Below are positions 9,351 through 21,236 of a DNA stretch of 32,000 nt, one piece after another (positions within the stretch are counted from its first letter, which is position 1; each line of letters opens with the position of its first letter). Where the stretch lies: sequence record JABVCE010000078.1, one strand, 5' to 3'. Under the pieces are notes generated by a model. That model was not told the DNA's origin and ran no database searches. It worked only from the letters and a program-made list of their open reading frames with translations. Made by a program: the position numbers and the translations under genes.

Positions 9351-10455
9351 CTAACAAAACTTTTTTTTTGCCGAAAAAAAAAAAAGAAATTTTGCACTTG
9401 GTTTTAATGAAAAAAAATATTTCCTTTTTAAAAAATATGACCGTCAATATATGAAAAATTCTTCAAACGATAATAAAAATATTTCGTGTAAAGCAGAATT
9501 CCACTTTTTTTTCATTTTGAGAAAAAAATTTTCAGTTTATTTAAAACGAGAAAAGAAAAATCCGTGCATAATAGAAATAAAAAATAGGTTTAAAGCTCAT
9601 AGTCATATCTGCTTTTTTGATATTACAAAATTTGTAATTTTTTTTGTGAATTTTCAAAAGAAAAAACGAAGTTTTTTTGAGGTGTTAGGACCAAATCTTT
9701 GCAAAAAGCTAACGATGAAATGAAAAAAATTTCAAAATGGTGACTTGAAGAACTTTTTTTCTTGAAACCATTTTATTTCTCCGAATATTTTTTCGAAACT
9801 AAAAAAATCTTTTTTATTAGAGTATGAGCTAATAAAAATTTTTGTGACTTTGTTTTTTTCAAAGTTTCCAAAAAGATTTTGTCCGGACAAAAAAAGCTTA
9901 TTTTCTAGAAAAGTTCTAACAAGGTCAAAAATTTTTTTTGACAGTTCAAAGAAAAATTCAATTTTTTTTCAATGAATTTTCACTTTTCGCAGAGTTTTTG
10001 AAAAAACAGAAAAAAACTGTTTTCTTTGAGAAAAGTATTTTTCTCAATATATGAAGGATTTGAAAAATACATTAAAACTTTTCAACTTAGAATTCAAAAA
10101 ATTTTCCGTAATTTTTTTCCTCTTTCTAAAAAATCAAAAATTTGGTATTTATATTTTTTAAGAGAAAAAATTTTTTTTGTATCTTTTTCAAAAAAAAAAA
10201 GATACAAAAAAAATCTTCAAACTGAAATATTCAAAATACTGTCTTGGAAACAAGTACGTAGTACTTGAGTTTGAAAATTTGTAGAATTTCAGAGCATTTT
10301 TTCGAAAAAATACTCTGAAAAAAATTTTTTTTCTCTTTTCAAATAAAGGGAACTTTAAAGGAAAGAGAAAAATTTTTTTGGAATCACATCAACATTACTT
10401 TTTTGGCAAAGTTCGCTTTGCAAATATTTGAGCAAATTAGGATAAAAAAAAAACT

Positions 10456-12663
10456 ATGGCAACAAAGTTGTTTCCTAAATTTAGCCAAGGTTTAGCGCAA
10501 GATCCAACGACTCGTCGTATTTGGTTTGGTCTTGCTGTAGCACATGACTTTGAAAGTCATGATGGTATGACAGAAGAAAATCTTTACCAAAAGATTTTTG
10601 CTTCTCATTTTGGACAATTAGCAATTATTTTTCTATGGACATCTGGAAACTTGTTCCATGTGGCATGGCAAGGTAACTTTGAACAATGGGGTGCAGACCC
10701 AATTCATGTTCGTCCAATTGCTCACGCAATTTGGGATCCACATTTCGGTCAACCAGCTGTTGAAGCATTCACACGTGGTGGAGCTTCAGGTCCAGTAAAT
10801 ATTTCAACATCAGGTGTTTATCAATGGTGGTATACAATTGGTATGAGAACAAACCAAGATTTATATGTTGGTTCAGTTTTCTTAGCTTTAGTTTCTGCGA
10901 TTTTCTTATTTGCAGGTTGGTTACATTTACAACCAAGCTTCCAACCATCTTTATCATGGTTTAAAGATGCAGAATCTCGTTTAAACCACCACTTATCTGG
11001 TTTATTTGGTGTAAGTTCACTAGCTTGGACAGGTCACTTAGTTCACGTAGCTATTCCTGAATCTCGTGGAAAACATGTAGGTTGGGATAATTTTTTAACT
11101 CAATTACCTCACCCACAAGGTTTAACTCCATTTTGGACTGGAAATTGGGCAGCATATGCACAAAATCCTGATTCAGCAAGCCATGTTTTTGGGACTTCTG
11201 ATGGTGCAGGTGAAGCAATCCTAACATTCTTAGGTGGTTTCCACCCACAAACTCAAAGTCTTTGGTTAACAGATATGGCACACCATCATCTAGCTATTGC
11301 GGTTTTATTTATTGTTGCAGGACATATGTATCGTACAAATTTTGGTATTGGACATAGAATGTCAGCAATTTTAGATGCACACGTAGCTCCAAGTGGTCGT
11401 CTTGGTGCTGGTCACAAAGGTTTATTTGAAACAGTAAATAATTCTTTACATTTCCAATTAGGACTAGCATTAGCTTCAGTAGGAACGATTTGTTCTTTAG
11501 TAGCACAACATATGTATTCTTTACCTCCATATGCATTTTTAGCAAATGATTTTACTACACAAGCAGCTTTATATACACACCATCAATACATTGCTGGTTT
11601 TATTATGTGTGGTGCTTTTGCTCATGGTGCTATTTTCTTTATTCGTGATTATGATCCAGAACAAAATAAAGGAAATGTACTTGCAAGAATGTTAGATCAT
11701 AAAGAAGCTGTTATTTCACACTTAAGTTGGGTTTCTTTATTCTTAGGATTCCATACTTTAGGTCTTTATGTTCACAATGATGTAATGCAAGCATTTGGAA
11801 CTCCAGAAAAACAAATTTTAATTGAACCTGTTTTCGCACAATGGATTCAAGCAGCTCATGGAAAAGCTTTCTATGGTTTTGATTTATTATTATCTTCTTC
11901 ATCAAGTTCTGCTTCATCTGCAAGTCAAACATTATGGCTTCCGGGTTGGTTAGATGCTATTAACAACAACCAAAACTCATTATTCTTAACAATTGGCCCT
12001 GGTGACTTCTTAGTTCACCATGCTATTGCTTTAGGTTTACACACAACAACATTAATTCTTGTGAAAGGTGCATTAGATGCACGTGGATCAAAATTAATGC
12101 CTGATAAAAAAGATTTTGGTTACAGTTTCCCTTGTGATGGTCCAGGTCGTGGAGGAACTTGTGATATTTCAGCATATGATGCTTTCTATTTAGCTGTGTT
12201 TTGGATGTTAAATACTATTGGTTGGGTAACTTTCTACTGGCACTGGAAACATTTAACATTATGGCAAGGAAACGTATCACAATTTGATGAATCTTCAACA
12301 TATTTAATGGGTTGGTTACGTGATTACTTATGGTTAAACTCATCACAATTAATTAACGGTTATAACCCATTTGGTATGAACAGTTTATCTGTTTGGGCAT
12401 GGGCTTTCCTTGCAGGACACTTAGTGTATGCTACTGGTTTCATGTTCTTAATTTCATGGCGTGGTTACTGGCAAGAATTAATTGAAACGTTAGTATGGGC
12501 TCATGAAAAAACTCCTTTAGCAAACCTTGTATATTGGAAAGATAAACCAGTTGCTCTTTCAATTGTTCAAGCTCGTCTTGTTGGTTTAGCTCACTTCTCA
12601 GTAGGTTATGTATTTACATATGCAGCATTTGTAATTGCTTCAACTTCTGGAAAATTTGGATAA
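10456..12663 (+). CDS. psaB: Photosystem I P700 apoprotein A2, intronless
   Basis: 735 aa with full-length PsaB conservation, including the FX-binding [18 protein letters not shown] and C-terminal [28 protein letters not shown]. Confidence 0.99.
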   Translation: MATKLFPKFSQGLAQDPTTRRIWFGLAVAHDFESHDGMTEENLYQKIFASHFGQLAIIFLWTSGNLFHVAWQGNFEQWGADPIHVRPIAHAIWDPHFGQPAVEAFTRGGASGPVNISTSGVYQWWYTIGMRTNQDLYVGSVFLALVSAIFLFAGWLHLQPSFQPSLSWFKDAESRLNHHLSGLFGVSSLAWTGHLVHVAIPESRGKHVGWDNFLTQLPHPQGLTPFWTGNWAAYAQNPDSASHVFGTSDGAGEAILTFLGGFHPQTQSLWLTDMAHHHLAIAVLFIVAGHMYRTNFGIGHRMSAILDAHVAPSGRLGAGHKGLFETVNNSLHFQLGLALASVGTICSLVAQHMYSLPPYAFLANDFTTQAALYTHHQYIAGFIMCGAFAHGAIFFIRDYDPEQNKGNVLARMLDHKEAVISHLSWVSLFLGFHTLGLYVHNDVMQAFGTPEKQILIEPVFAQWIQAAHGKAFYGFDLLLSSSSSSASSASQTLWLPGWLDAINNNQNSLFLTIGPGDFLVHHAIALGLHTTTLILVKGALDARGSKLMPDKKDFGYSFPCDGPGRGGTCDISAYDAFYLAVFWMLNTIGWVTFYWHWKHLTLWQGNVSQFDESSTYLMGWLRDYLWLNSSQLINGYNPFGMNSLSVWAWAFLAGHLVYATGFMFLISWRGYWQELIETLVWAHEKTPLANLVYWKDKPVALSIVQARLVGLAHFSVGYVFTYAAFVIASTSGKFG

Positions 12664-12670
12664 ACTTTTT

Positions 12671-12739
12671 CTTCACCTTAAGGTGAACACCTCTTCACTT
12701 TTTCACCTTAAGGTGAAGTGAAGTGACGTGGTGTGAATG
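12671..12739. repeat. SDR cluster starting 8 nt after the psaB stop
   Basis: cttcaccttaaggtgaacacctcttcactttttcaccttaaggtgaagtgaagtgacgtggtgtgaatg, with two perfect ttcaccttaaggtgaa palindromes. Confidence 0.9.
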
Positions 12740-12747
12740 AAATTTTT

Positions 12748-12787
12748 TATGTAGTTTTTGAAAGTTTTTCCTTTCAAAAACTACATA
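12748..12787 (+). terminator. Perfect 17-bp hairpin downstream of psaB and its repeat cluster
   Basis: tatgtagtttttgaaag (12748-12764), loop tttttc, ctttcaaaaactacata (12771-12787). Confidence 0.45.
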
Positions 12788-13171
12788 TATTTTTTCCATT
12801 TGGAGTTGAAAATTCAGCACAAGTGGTTTTGAAATTTTTTTTGCTGAGGAAATTTTCAAACACAGAGAAAAAAAGATGTATTTTTTTCGTGTCCAATTCC
12901 TGTCCAATGGCATCTTTTCTTTCCTCAAAAGTTTGAGAAGAAAAGAAAAATGTCGAGGGGAAAAAAATCACAATTTTTGAAAAACTTACCGAAAAAAGAA
13001 AAAAAATACTTGGGGAAATTTTGCAAAGAGAACAAAATGAAAGGAAATCTCAAAAATTTTTGAAAAAATGTTTTTTTTTCTGTTTATTTCAGTCGTTGAA
13101 TTTGAAAAAAATTTGTATTTTCAAAATTTCTTGTCGAAATTCTTGCAGGAAAACATTTTCAAAATTTTTCT

Positions 13172-14296
13172 ATGAAACTTTCAGTAAAATACTTTCGTTC
13201 TGAATTTATGAATATTTTAGAAATTGAAAATTTTCTTGGAAATTCTTCGTTTTTTTTATTATTTTTATCAATGAGTACATATTGGGTTCAACTTGCTTTT
13301 GGTCAGAAATCAATCAATTTTGGAAAAATTTTTATGATTGGAGCAAATTTTTGTCTTTTAACTTTATTAAGTTTACGTTGGAAAGAATCTGGTCATTTTC
13401 CATTAAGTAATTTATATGAATCATTAATGTTTTTATCATGGAGTTTATCGACATTTCATTTAATTGTTGAAAATATTGAAGGGTCAAAATCTCGTCCATC
13501 AAATTTTCAAAATTTGTTGACTGGAAATACGTTCCAAAATGGAGTGCCCCCTTTTTTTGGAGCTTTAACTTCCCCAACTGCATTATTTACAAATGCTTTT
13601 GCTACATTTAGTCTTCCATTAGAAATGCAACACTCGTCACCCTTAGTTCCAGCTTTACAATCAAATTGGTTAATGATGCACGTAACAGTTATGATTTTAA
13701 GTTATTCAGCATTAATTTGTGGTTCACTTCTTTCTATTGCATTTTTAATTTTTACAAAAAATTTTGATATGGATTTTTCAGCAGAAAACTCAAGCTCCTT
13801 CGAAAATCCTTCGCCAACTTTCTTGGATCAAAGTCAAGTTCTGTCTTCTTCAACTCTATCTGAATCAATTTCATTCAGTCCTTCTGCTCCAAATGAAATC
13901 AGTTTTTCGAACTTTTCAAATTCTGGAAACGTGAGTCAAAAAAATTCTTCACCTGACTTTTCAAATTCAGGAAAAAAACAATTTGCAGAAAATTTAGACA
14001 ATTTAAGTTATCGTATTTTAGGAATTGGTTTTCCTTTTTTAACTATTGGAATTTTATCAGGTGCAGTGTGGGCAAACGAAGCATGGGGTTCATATTGGAG
14101 TTGGGATCCAAAAGAAACCTGGGCACTTGCAACATGGCTTGTTTTTGCTATTTATCTTCATACACGCTTAACAAAAGGATGGCGTGGAAAAAAACCTGCT
14201 TTGATTGCTTCCTTTGGTTTTATTACTGTTTGGATTTGTTTTCTTGGTGTAAATTTATTAGGAGAAGGTTTGCATAGTTATGGTTTTTTTCAATAA
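13172..14296 (+). CDS. ccsA: Cytochrome c biogenesis protein CcsA (heme attachment), with internal insertion
   Basis: Tryptophan-rich WWD-type motif GAVWANEAWGSYWSWDPKETWAL and conserved His residues in the flanking helices. The start may be the ATG at 13208 (MNILEIENF...). An S/N-rich insertion of about 70 aa lies near 13765-13980. Confidence 0.9.
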   Translation: MKLSVKYFRSEFMNILEIENFLGNSSFFLLFLSMSTYWVQLAFGQKSINFGKIFMIGANFCLLTLLSLRWKESGHFPLSNLYESLMFLSWSLSTFHLIVENIEGSKSRPSNFQNLLTGNTFQNGVPPFFGALTSPTALFTNAFATFSLPLEMQHSSPLVPALQSNWLMMHVTVMILSYSALICGSLLSIAFLIFTKNFDMDFSAENSSSFENPSPTFLDQSQVLSSSTLSESISFSPSAPNEISFSNFSNSGNVSQKNSSPDFSNSGKKQFAENLDNLSYRILGIGFPFLTIGILSGAVWANEAWGSYWSWDPKETWALATWLVFAIYLHTRLTKGWRGKKPALIASFGFITVWICFLGVNLLGEGLHSYGFFQ

Positions 14297-14317
14297 AGAA
14301 GAAAAGAAGTTTTTTTT

Positions 14318-14353
14318 GTCACCTTTCGCTGAAGAAAAAAACTTCTTCACTTC
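14318..14353. repeat. SDR unit after ccsA
   Basis: gtcacctttcgctgaagaaaaaaacttcttcacttc. Confidence 0.75.
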
Positions 14354-14698
14354 TTTTTGTTCAAAAGAAAAACTGGAAAAAACAGGACTCCTGAGTGCAT
14401 TCTGAACGAAGCATCTTCATTTTTTTCCTTTGAGAAAAAATCTTTTTTCTTTGAAAAAATATTTTAAAGAATTAAAAAAATAATAATTGTTTTCCAATAG
14501 TGGTTCTTTTTAAAAGAAATCTGTTCAAAAAACTTTTCTGAGAGTCTTTCAAAAAAAATTTGAAATGTATTTGAACAAATAGAAACATAAGAGGTAAAGA
14601 TTTCTGAGAAATGTCTATCTTTTTTTTTGAATCTTTCGAAAATTTTCAAGCCTCTTCGTGAAATTTGACTCTTGCTTGGCAAGAATACTTTTTATTTT

Positions 14699-14887
14699 AT
14701 GACATCAGTTCTTCAAATTGCATTATTAGCATTAATTGCTGTTTCTTTTGCTCTAGTTGTAGGTGTACCTGTTGTTTTCGCTACACCAAATGGCTGGTCA
14801 GAAAACAAAGGAATTGTTTTTTCTGGCTTAAGCTTATGGCTTCTTTTAGTTTTTGCAGTGGGTGTTTTTAACTCATTTGTTATTTAA
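14699..14887 (+). CDS. psbZ: Photosystem II protein Z (Ycf9)
   Basis: 62 aa: [62 protein letters not shown] matches the PsbZ pattern (VPVVFA.P.GW..NK..VFSG..LW). The track ORF starts 9 codons earlier. Confidence 0.93.
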   Translation: MTSVLQIALLALIAVSFALVVGVPVVFATPNGWSENKGIVFSGLSLWLLLVFAVGVFNSFVI

Positions 14888-14894
14888 TTTTTTG

Positions 14895-14934
14895 AGAAGA
14901 AAGTAGTCTCTTTTTGACGAGACTACTTTCTTCT
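14895..14934 (+). terminator. Perfect 16-bp hairpin directly after psbZ
   Basis: agaagaaagtagtctc (14895-14910), loop tttttgac, gagactactttcttct (14919-14934). It starts 8 nt after the stop. Confidence 0.55.
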
Positions 14935-14954
14935 ATTGTGTTGAAGATGTTTTT

Positions 14955-14993
14955 GGCACTTGACTTCACTTTTCGTTGAATAGGTGAAGAAAA
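14955..14993. repeat. SDR unit
   Basis: ggcacttgacttcacttttcgttgaataggtgaagaaaa. Confidence 0.75.
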
Positions 14994-15530
14994 TTGGTTT
15001 TCGAACAAAAATAGCAAAAATTTTTCTTTATTTTGAACGTTTCGTAAAGAGAAATATTCAAAAAAAAGAAGCCATTTTAAAGAATTTTTTTATCTTTTTT
15101 CCTCTCACGGTTCAGGTATTTCTGATTTTGTTTTTTTTTCAAAAAAAAACTTGAGAAGAGAATTTTTTCAACCTAGTTTTGAAAAAAATCTTTTTTTCGT
15201 GCAATCTTTTTATTTATTTTTTTTTGAAAAAAAAAACTTTTGAACAATTGTATGTTCTTTAATTTTTGTCGAGAAAAATTCATATGAATTTTTGAAGAAA
15301 AAAGTTCAACAAAAATTTCTCTTTGTTTATCTATTTGTTCAATACAAATATTTTTTTTTCTTTTTGGAAAAAAAAGTCAAAAAAAAAAATCAAAATAAAC
15401 ATGAGTAAAAATATTATGTTTTCAAAAAAAAACATTTTTCTTTTCTTCTGAGATAAACTCTTGGAAAACATTTTTCAATGGAAATTTGTTAAGAAAACAT
15501 TATTTAAAAATTTTCTCAAAAAAAAATTTT

Positions 15531-15638
15531 ATGGAAGTTAATATCTTTGGATTAACAGCAACAGCATTATTCATTATCATTCCTACGTCGTTTCTTCTTA
15601 TTTTATATGTAAAAACAGCTTCAAATGAATCTGCTTAA
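15531..15638 (+). CDS. psbM: Photosystem II protein M (35 aa; below the ORF-track length cut-off)
   Basis: Hand translation: [35 protein letters not shown]. It matches the PsbM pattern MEVNIL.F.ATALFI..PT.FLLI.YVKT. Confidence 0.88.
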   Translation: MEVNIFGLTATALFIIIPTSFLLILYVKTASNESA

Positions 15639-15650
15639 TTTCTTTTGAAA

Positions 15651-15738
15651 TTCTGTTGTTTTTTCTTCTCCTTCAAAAAAACTTTTGATTGAATTTTGAA
15701 GAAACTTTTTTTTCTTCGAGAAAGAAAAAACAACAGAA
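15651..15738 (+). terminator. Long-range inverted repeat after psbM (about 20 bp arms with one bulge)
   Basis: ttctgttgttttttcttctc (15651-15670) pairs with gagaaagaaaaaacaacagaa (15718-15738). The 47-nt interior contains a smaller cttcaaaa/ttttgaag pairing. Confidence 0.4.
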
Positions 15739-15896
15739 CATTTCTTTCTTCAACTATTCAAAAACGTGTCGAGCTGACTATTTTTGAAAAAATTTGAAAA
15801 AGTTGAAATTCAAGAATTTTCAATATATAATTTTCGAAAAGAAACTTCACAAATACAAAAATTCTTGAAGAAAGATTTTCTTGAGAATTCCTGAAA

Positions 15897-15970
15897 GGGC
15901 ATGTAGCTCAGTGGACTAGAGCATGTGGCTACGAACCACAGAGTCGGGGGTTCGAATCCCTCCTTGCTCA
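15897..15970 (+). tRNA. trnR: tRNA-Arg (anticodon ACG)
   Basis: gggcatgtagctcagtggactagagcatgtggctacgaaccacagagtcgggggttcgaatccctccttgctca. Like plastid trnR(ACG), with one U-U mismatch in the acceptor stem. Confidence 0.88.
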
Positions 15971-16043
15971 ATATTTCAAAATAAAGAAGTGTTTTGAAAA
16001 ACTTGCTATTTTCTATTTTCTTCGATAAAATAGAAAGTAAAGC

Positions 16044-16116
16044 AGGCCCATAACTCAGTTGGTAGAGTGATTGCCTTACAAGCAATAGGTCATCGGTTCA
16101 AGTCCGGTTGGGCCTA
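16044..16116 (+). tRNA. trnV: tRNA-Val (anticodon UAC)
   Basis: Acceptor aggccca/tgggcct, anticodon arm attgc-cttacaa-gcaat, T-arm atcgg-ttcaagt-ccggt. No intron. Confidence 0.9.
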
Positions 16117-16299
16117 AAATATATCCTATGAATCAAGAAAAGAAAAGTTTTCTTCTCATTCTTTCGAAATTTTCAAAAATGTTTTTTTTTTATTTTCTCT
16201 TTTTTCAATAAAAGTTTTTATTTGAGAAAATTTTTGCTAGACTAGTGGTACTTGGAAAATTGGCTTATACAGACAAACTCAAACTTATTTCTCAATTTT

Positions 16300-17556
16300 A
16301 TGGCACGCGCAAAATTTGAACGTAAAAAACCACACGTAAATATTGGTACAATTGGTCACGTAGACCATGGAAAAACAACTTTAACAGCTGCAATTACAAT
16401 GGCATTAGCTGCTCTAGGTGGTGCAACTGGGAAAAAATATGATGAAATTGACTCAGCTCCAGAAGAAAAAGCTCGTGGTATTACAATTAATACAGCACAC
16501 GTAGAATATGAAACTGAGAATCGTCACTATGCTCACGTAGATTGTCCCGGCCATGCTGACTATGTAAAAAACATGATTACAGGTGCTGCACAAATGGATG
16601 GTGCAATTTTAGTAGTATCGGGTGCTGATGGCCCAATGCCACAAACAAAAGAACATATTCTATTAGCAAAACAAGTAGGTGTACCAAATATGGTTGTTTT
16701 CTTAAACAAAGAAGACCAAGTTGATGATGCTGAATTATTAGAATTAGTTGAATTAGAAGTTCGTGAAACATTAGATAAATACGAATTCCCAGGAGATGAA
16801 ATTCCAGTTGTTAGTGGATCAGCATTATTAGCTTTAGAAGCTTTAGTTGAAAATCCTACAATGAAACGTGGGGATAATAAATGGGTAGATAAAATTTACG
16901 ATTTAATGGATCGAGTAGATGAATATATTCCAACACCAGACCGTGAAACAGATAAACCATTCTTATTAGCTGTTGAAGATGTTTTATCTATTACAGGTCG
17001 TGGGACTGTAGCTACAGGACGTGTAGAAAGAGGAACATTAAAAGTAGGTGAAAATATTGAATTAATTGGTTTAAAAGATACAAAAGCAACAGTTGTTACT
17101 GGTCTTGAAATGTTTAAAAAAACATTAGATGAAACTATGGCTGGTGATAACGTTGGTGTACTTTTACGTGGTATTCAAAAAAAAGATGTAGAACGTGGAA
17201 TGGTTTTAGCAAAACCAGGGTCAATTACTCCTCATACAAAATTTGAAGCACAAGTTTATGTATTAACAAAAGAAGAAGGTGGGCGTCATTCACCATTCTT
17301 AGTTGGATACCAACCACAGTTTTTTATTCGTACAACTGATGTAACTGGAAAAATTGTAAGCTTTACACATATTCAAATGAAAAATCCTTCTTCAGTAGCG
17401 GAAGAACATTCAAATAAAATGGCAATGCCAGGAGACCGAATTGAAGTTACTGTTCAATTAATTTATCCAGTAGCTGTTGAAAAAGGTATGCGATTTGCTA
17501 TTCGTGAAGGTGGACGTACAGTAGGTGCAGGTGTAGTTACAAATATTTTAGAATAA
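16300..17556 (+). CDS. tufA: Translation elongation factor Tu
   Basis: [28 protein letters not shown] from the ATG at 16300, plus [16 protein letters not shown], and C-terminal [16 protein letters not shown]. The track start at 16252 is a TTG with 16 non-conserved residues. Confidence 0.98.
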   Translation: MARAKFERKKPHVNIGTIGHVDHGKTTLTAAITMALAALGGATGKKYDEIDSAPEEKARGITINTAHVEYETENRHYAHVDCPGHADYVKNMITGAAQMDGAILVVSGADGPMPQTKEHILLAKQVGVPNMVVFLNKEDQVDDAELLELVELEVRETLDKYEFPGDEIPVVSGSALLALEALVENPTMKRGDNKWVDKIYDLMDRVDEYIPTPDRETDKPFLLAVEDVLSITGRGTVATGRVERGTLKVGENIELIGLKDTKATVVTGLEMFKKTLDETMAGDNVGVLLRGIQKKDVERGMVLAKPGSITPHTKFEAQVYVLTKEEGGRHSPFLVGYQPQFFIRTTDVTGKIVSFTHIQMKNPSSVAEEHSNKMAMPGDRIEVTVQLIYPVAVEKGMRFAIREGGRTVGAGVVTNILE

Positions 17557-17640
17557 TTCAAATTTTTTGTATTTTTTGCTCTCTTGAAAATTTGAATTCT
17601 TCTTTCGTTTGAAGAATTTTTTCTTTCTTGAACATTCTCA

Positions 17641-17694
17641 AAAAAAGCAATATTTTTCTTTTTCACTTTTGAAAAAGAAAGATATTGCTTTTTT
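17641..17694 (+). terminator. 24-bp (one mismatch) hairpin downstream of tufA
   Basis: aaaaaagcaatatttttctttttc (17641-17664), loop actttt, gaaaaagaaagatattgctttttt (17671-17694). Confidence 0.45.
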
Positions 17695-17808
17695 TTTTCA
17701 AAATACTTATAATAAATTGAAGAAGACAAGAATTTTTTTCCCTTTTTTTCTTTCAAAAAGATTCGTTTGAAAAAAAGCTCAAAAAAAATTTTATTTTTTC
17801 ATCAAAAA

Positions 17809-17882
17809 CGGGATGTAGCGCAGCTTGGTAGCGCATATGCTTTGGGAGCATGGTGTCGCAGGTTCGAATCCTGTCATCCCGA
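17809..17882 (+). tRNA. trnP: tRNA-Pro (anticodon UGG)
   Basis: Acceptor cgggatg/catcccg, anticodon loop tttggga, T-arm gcagg-ttcgaat-cctgt. Confidence 0.9.
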
Positions 17883-17961
17883 TAACTACTCAAAAAAATG
17901 GAGAAAGATTTAGGTAAGCGTTTGAACAGGGCTTTTTTCGAATTTTGTCAATGTCAATTTT

Positions 17962-17994
17962 CGTCACATCACTTCACCTTTCTGTGAAGAAAAA
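17962..17994. repeat. SDR unit upstream of atpB
   Basis: cgtcacatcacttcacctttctgtgaagaaaaag. Confidence 0.8.
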
Positions 17995-18167
17995 GAATTT
18001 CTTCAAAATATTCTTTTTTCCAAATGGTCTTTTTTGCTTTTTCCGAAATTTCAACAAATTTCTTTTTCTTCTTTTTTGGAATTTTTTTTTCAAAAAAGAA
18101 GAAAATGAAGAAACATTCACTGTTTTCGAAGGCAGAAAGAAAAAGTAAGTTCAAATTTTTTATTTAG

Positions 18168-19625
<1,458 letters not shown>

Positions 19626-19643
19626 TTTGTTTTTGACTTCTTT

Positions 19644-19718
19644 TTTTTTCTTTTTGCAATATTGAATCTGAAAAAAAGTATTTTCTTTTCTGAATTCAAA
19701 TATTGCAAAAAGAAAAAA
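19644..19718 (+). terminator. Inverted repeat downstream of atpB (about 24-bp arms with one bulge)
   Basis: ttttttctttttgcaatattgaat (19644-19667) pairs with attcaaatattgcaaaaagaaaaaa (19694-19718). Confidence 0.45.
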
Positions 19719-19823
19719 GTTCTTTCTTTTTCTCAAAAATTTTGAGAAAAAATTCTCCATCAATGTTTTTCAAAAAATTTTTGATTTTTTATAAACACAG
19801 ACTTTCAAAAATATTTTTTTTTC

Positions 19824-20405
19824 ATGACAAATCAATCTTTCAATGATTTTTCTCAAGGAAATTCAACTTCTTCATTTTCAACAAAACATACAGAAAATCA
19901 AACTGAAAATGGAAATGTATCAACTATTTTTCAAGCTTCAGCAACTCAAAAGCCATCGGGCCAAAAACAAAATTTTGATGGAAATGGAGGACTAGCTCGT
20001 CGAACTTCTTTCAATTCGAACAAAGCAAATTCATCACGAGCAACGTCATCAAGTCGTCGTAAAGTTTTATCTGTTTCTCAAATTCTCGCACGTGTAAATC
20101 AAAAAAAACAGCGTAAATTAGAACAAAAAAAACGTAAAAAACCATTAAAACCTATTATTCCACCAAAATCATTTATTCTTCTTTTTAAAGATAAACCTGA
20201 AAAATATGTGTATAATCGTCGTATTATTGATTATAAACATTGTGGATTACTTCAACGTTATATTGGTTTAGGAGGAAAAATTTTACCTCGTCGACAAACA
20301 AAATTAACAGCAAAACAACAACGTTATGTTGCAAAAACAATTAAAAGTGCTCGAATTATGGGATTATTACCTTTTGTAACAAAAGAACGAAGTTTTTTTA
20401 GATAA
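19824..20405 (+). CDS. rps18: Ribosomal protein S18 with a long N-terminal extension
   Basis: The conserved S18 core is at the C-terminus ([50 protein letters not shown]). The first 110 or so residues are S/N/Q/K-rich and unrecognisable, and there is no internal ATG close to the core. Confidence 0.88.
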   Translation: MTNQSFNDFSQGNSTSSFSTKHTENQTENGNVSTIFQASATQKPSGQKQNFDGNGGLARRTSFNSNKANSSRATSSSRRKVLSVSQILARVNQKKQRKLEQKKRKKPLKPIIPPKSFILLFKDKPEKYVYNRRIIDYKHCGLLQRYIGLGGKILPRRQTKLTAKQQRYVAKTIKSARIMGLLPFVTKERSFFR

Positions 20406-20588
20406 TTTTTCTTTGTTGAAAAAAATGAAAACTTCAAGGAATAGCTTCACTATTTTTTGAGTCTTCATTTTTTTTTTGAAGACTTTTCTTTTTATTTCGG
20501 GAAAAAAGGAGAGAAAAATATTTTTTCTCGACGAGTCCCACACTTTTTCGTTTAATGGCATTATAAAAAATTTTTTTCTTTCAATTTT

Positions 20589-21236
20589 ATGAGTAAAGTT
20601 TATGATTGGTTTGAAGAACGTTTAGAAATTCAATCGATTGCTGATGATATTTCAAGTAAATACGTTCCACCACATGTAAACATTTTTTATTGTTTAGGTG
20701 GTATTACTTTTACATGTTTCTTAGTTCAAGTAGCAACAGGCTTTGCTATGACTTTCTACTACCGTCCAACAGTTGCTGAAGCTTTTGCTTCTGTTCAATA
20801 TATTATGACAGAAGTAAATTTTGGGTGGTTAATCCGCTCAATTCACCGTTGGTCTGCAAGTATGATGGTTCTTATGATGGTTTTACATGTTTTCCGTGTA
20901 TATTTAACTGGTGGATTTAAAAAACCAAGAGAATCTACATGGATTAGTGGTGTAATTATGGCTGTTTGTACTGTATCATTTGGTGTTACTGGTTATTCAT
21001 TACCTTGGGACCAAATTGGATACTGGGCTGTAAAAATTGTAACAGGTGTTCCTGAAGCTATTCCTGTTGTAGGAGGGCCTTTAGTTGAATTATTACGAGG
21101 TGGTGTAGGTGTTGGTCAAGCAACATTAACTCGCTTTTATAGTTTACATACTTTTGTTTTACCTTTATTAACAGCTGTATTTATGCTTGCGCATTTCTTA
21201 ATGATTCGTAAACAAGGTATTTCTGGACCACTTTAA
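20589..21236 (+). CDS. petB: Cytochrome b6, intronless
   Basis: 215 aa: [38 protein letters not shown]...[28 protein letters not shown], a full-length cytochrome b6 pattern. Confidence 0.98.
   Translation: MSKVYDWFEERLEIQSIADDISSKYVPPHVNIFYCLGGITFTCFLVQVATGFAMTFYYRPTVAEAFASVQYIMTEVNFGWLIRSIHRWSASMMVLMMVLHVFRVYLTGGFKKPRESTWISGVIMAVCTVSFGVTGYSLPWDQIGYWAVKIVTGVPEAIPVVGGPLVELLRGGVGVGQATLTRFYSLHTFVLPLLTAVFMLAHFLMIRKQGISGPL

Noticed and set aside
8694-9397. ORFs 8694-9002, 9036-9227 and 9161-9397. Similar cases are 15810-16085, 21679-21944 and 28587-28898.
   Set aside because: Each runs straight through one or more well-formed tRNA genes (trnG, trnW, trnE, trnR, trnV, trnQ, trnL). The only complex-looking residues come from the tRNA sequence itself.
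9451-10268. Intergenic ORFs 9451-9723 and 10026-10268. Others of the same kind are 12695-13203, 17463-18154, 20367-20561, 26613-26861 and 30316-30864.
   Set aside because: They are K/F/N/S-rich translations of A/T homopolymer spacers. Several use non-ATG starts in the track, overlap each other on both strands, and contain hairpin repeats. There is no evidence of coding.
10769-11932. Four minus-strand ORFs (62-78 aa) inside psaB.
   Set aside because: They are antisense to a strongly conserved full-length gene. Their translations are leucine/lysine/glutamine-rich mirror artefacts with no recognisable motif.
14665-14690. TTGACT (14665-14670) as a -35 box for psbZ.
   Set aside because: No acceptable -10 hexamer lies at 16-19 nt spacing, and the site is only about 30 nt from the ATG, leaving almost no 5' UTR.
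5311-14871. Same-strand alternative-frame ORFs nested inside petA (5311-5499), petD (6327-6524), ccsA (14068-14277) and psbZ (14665-14871).
   Set aside because: They are out of frame with conserved genes and have no recognisable similarity.
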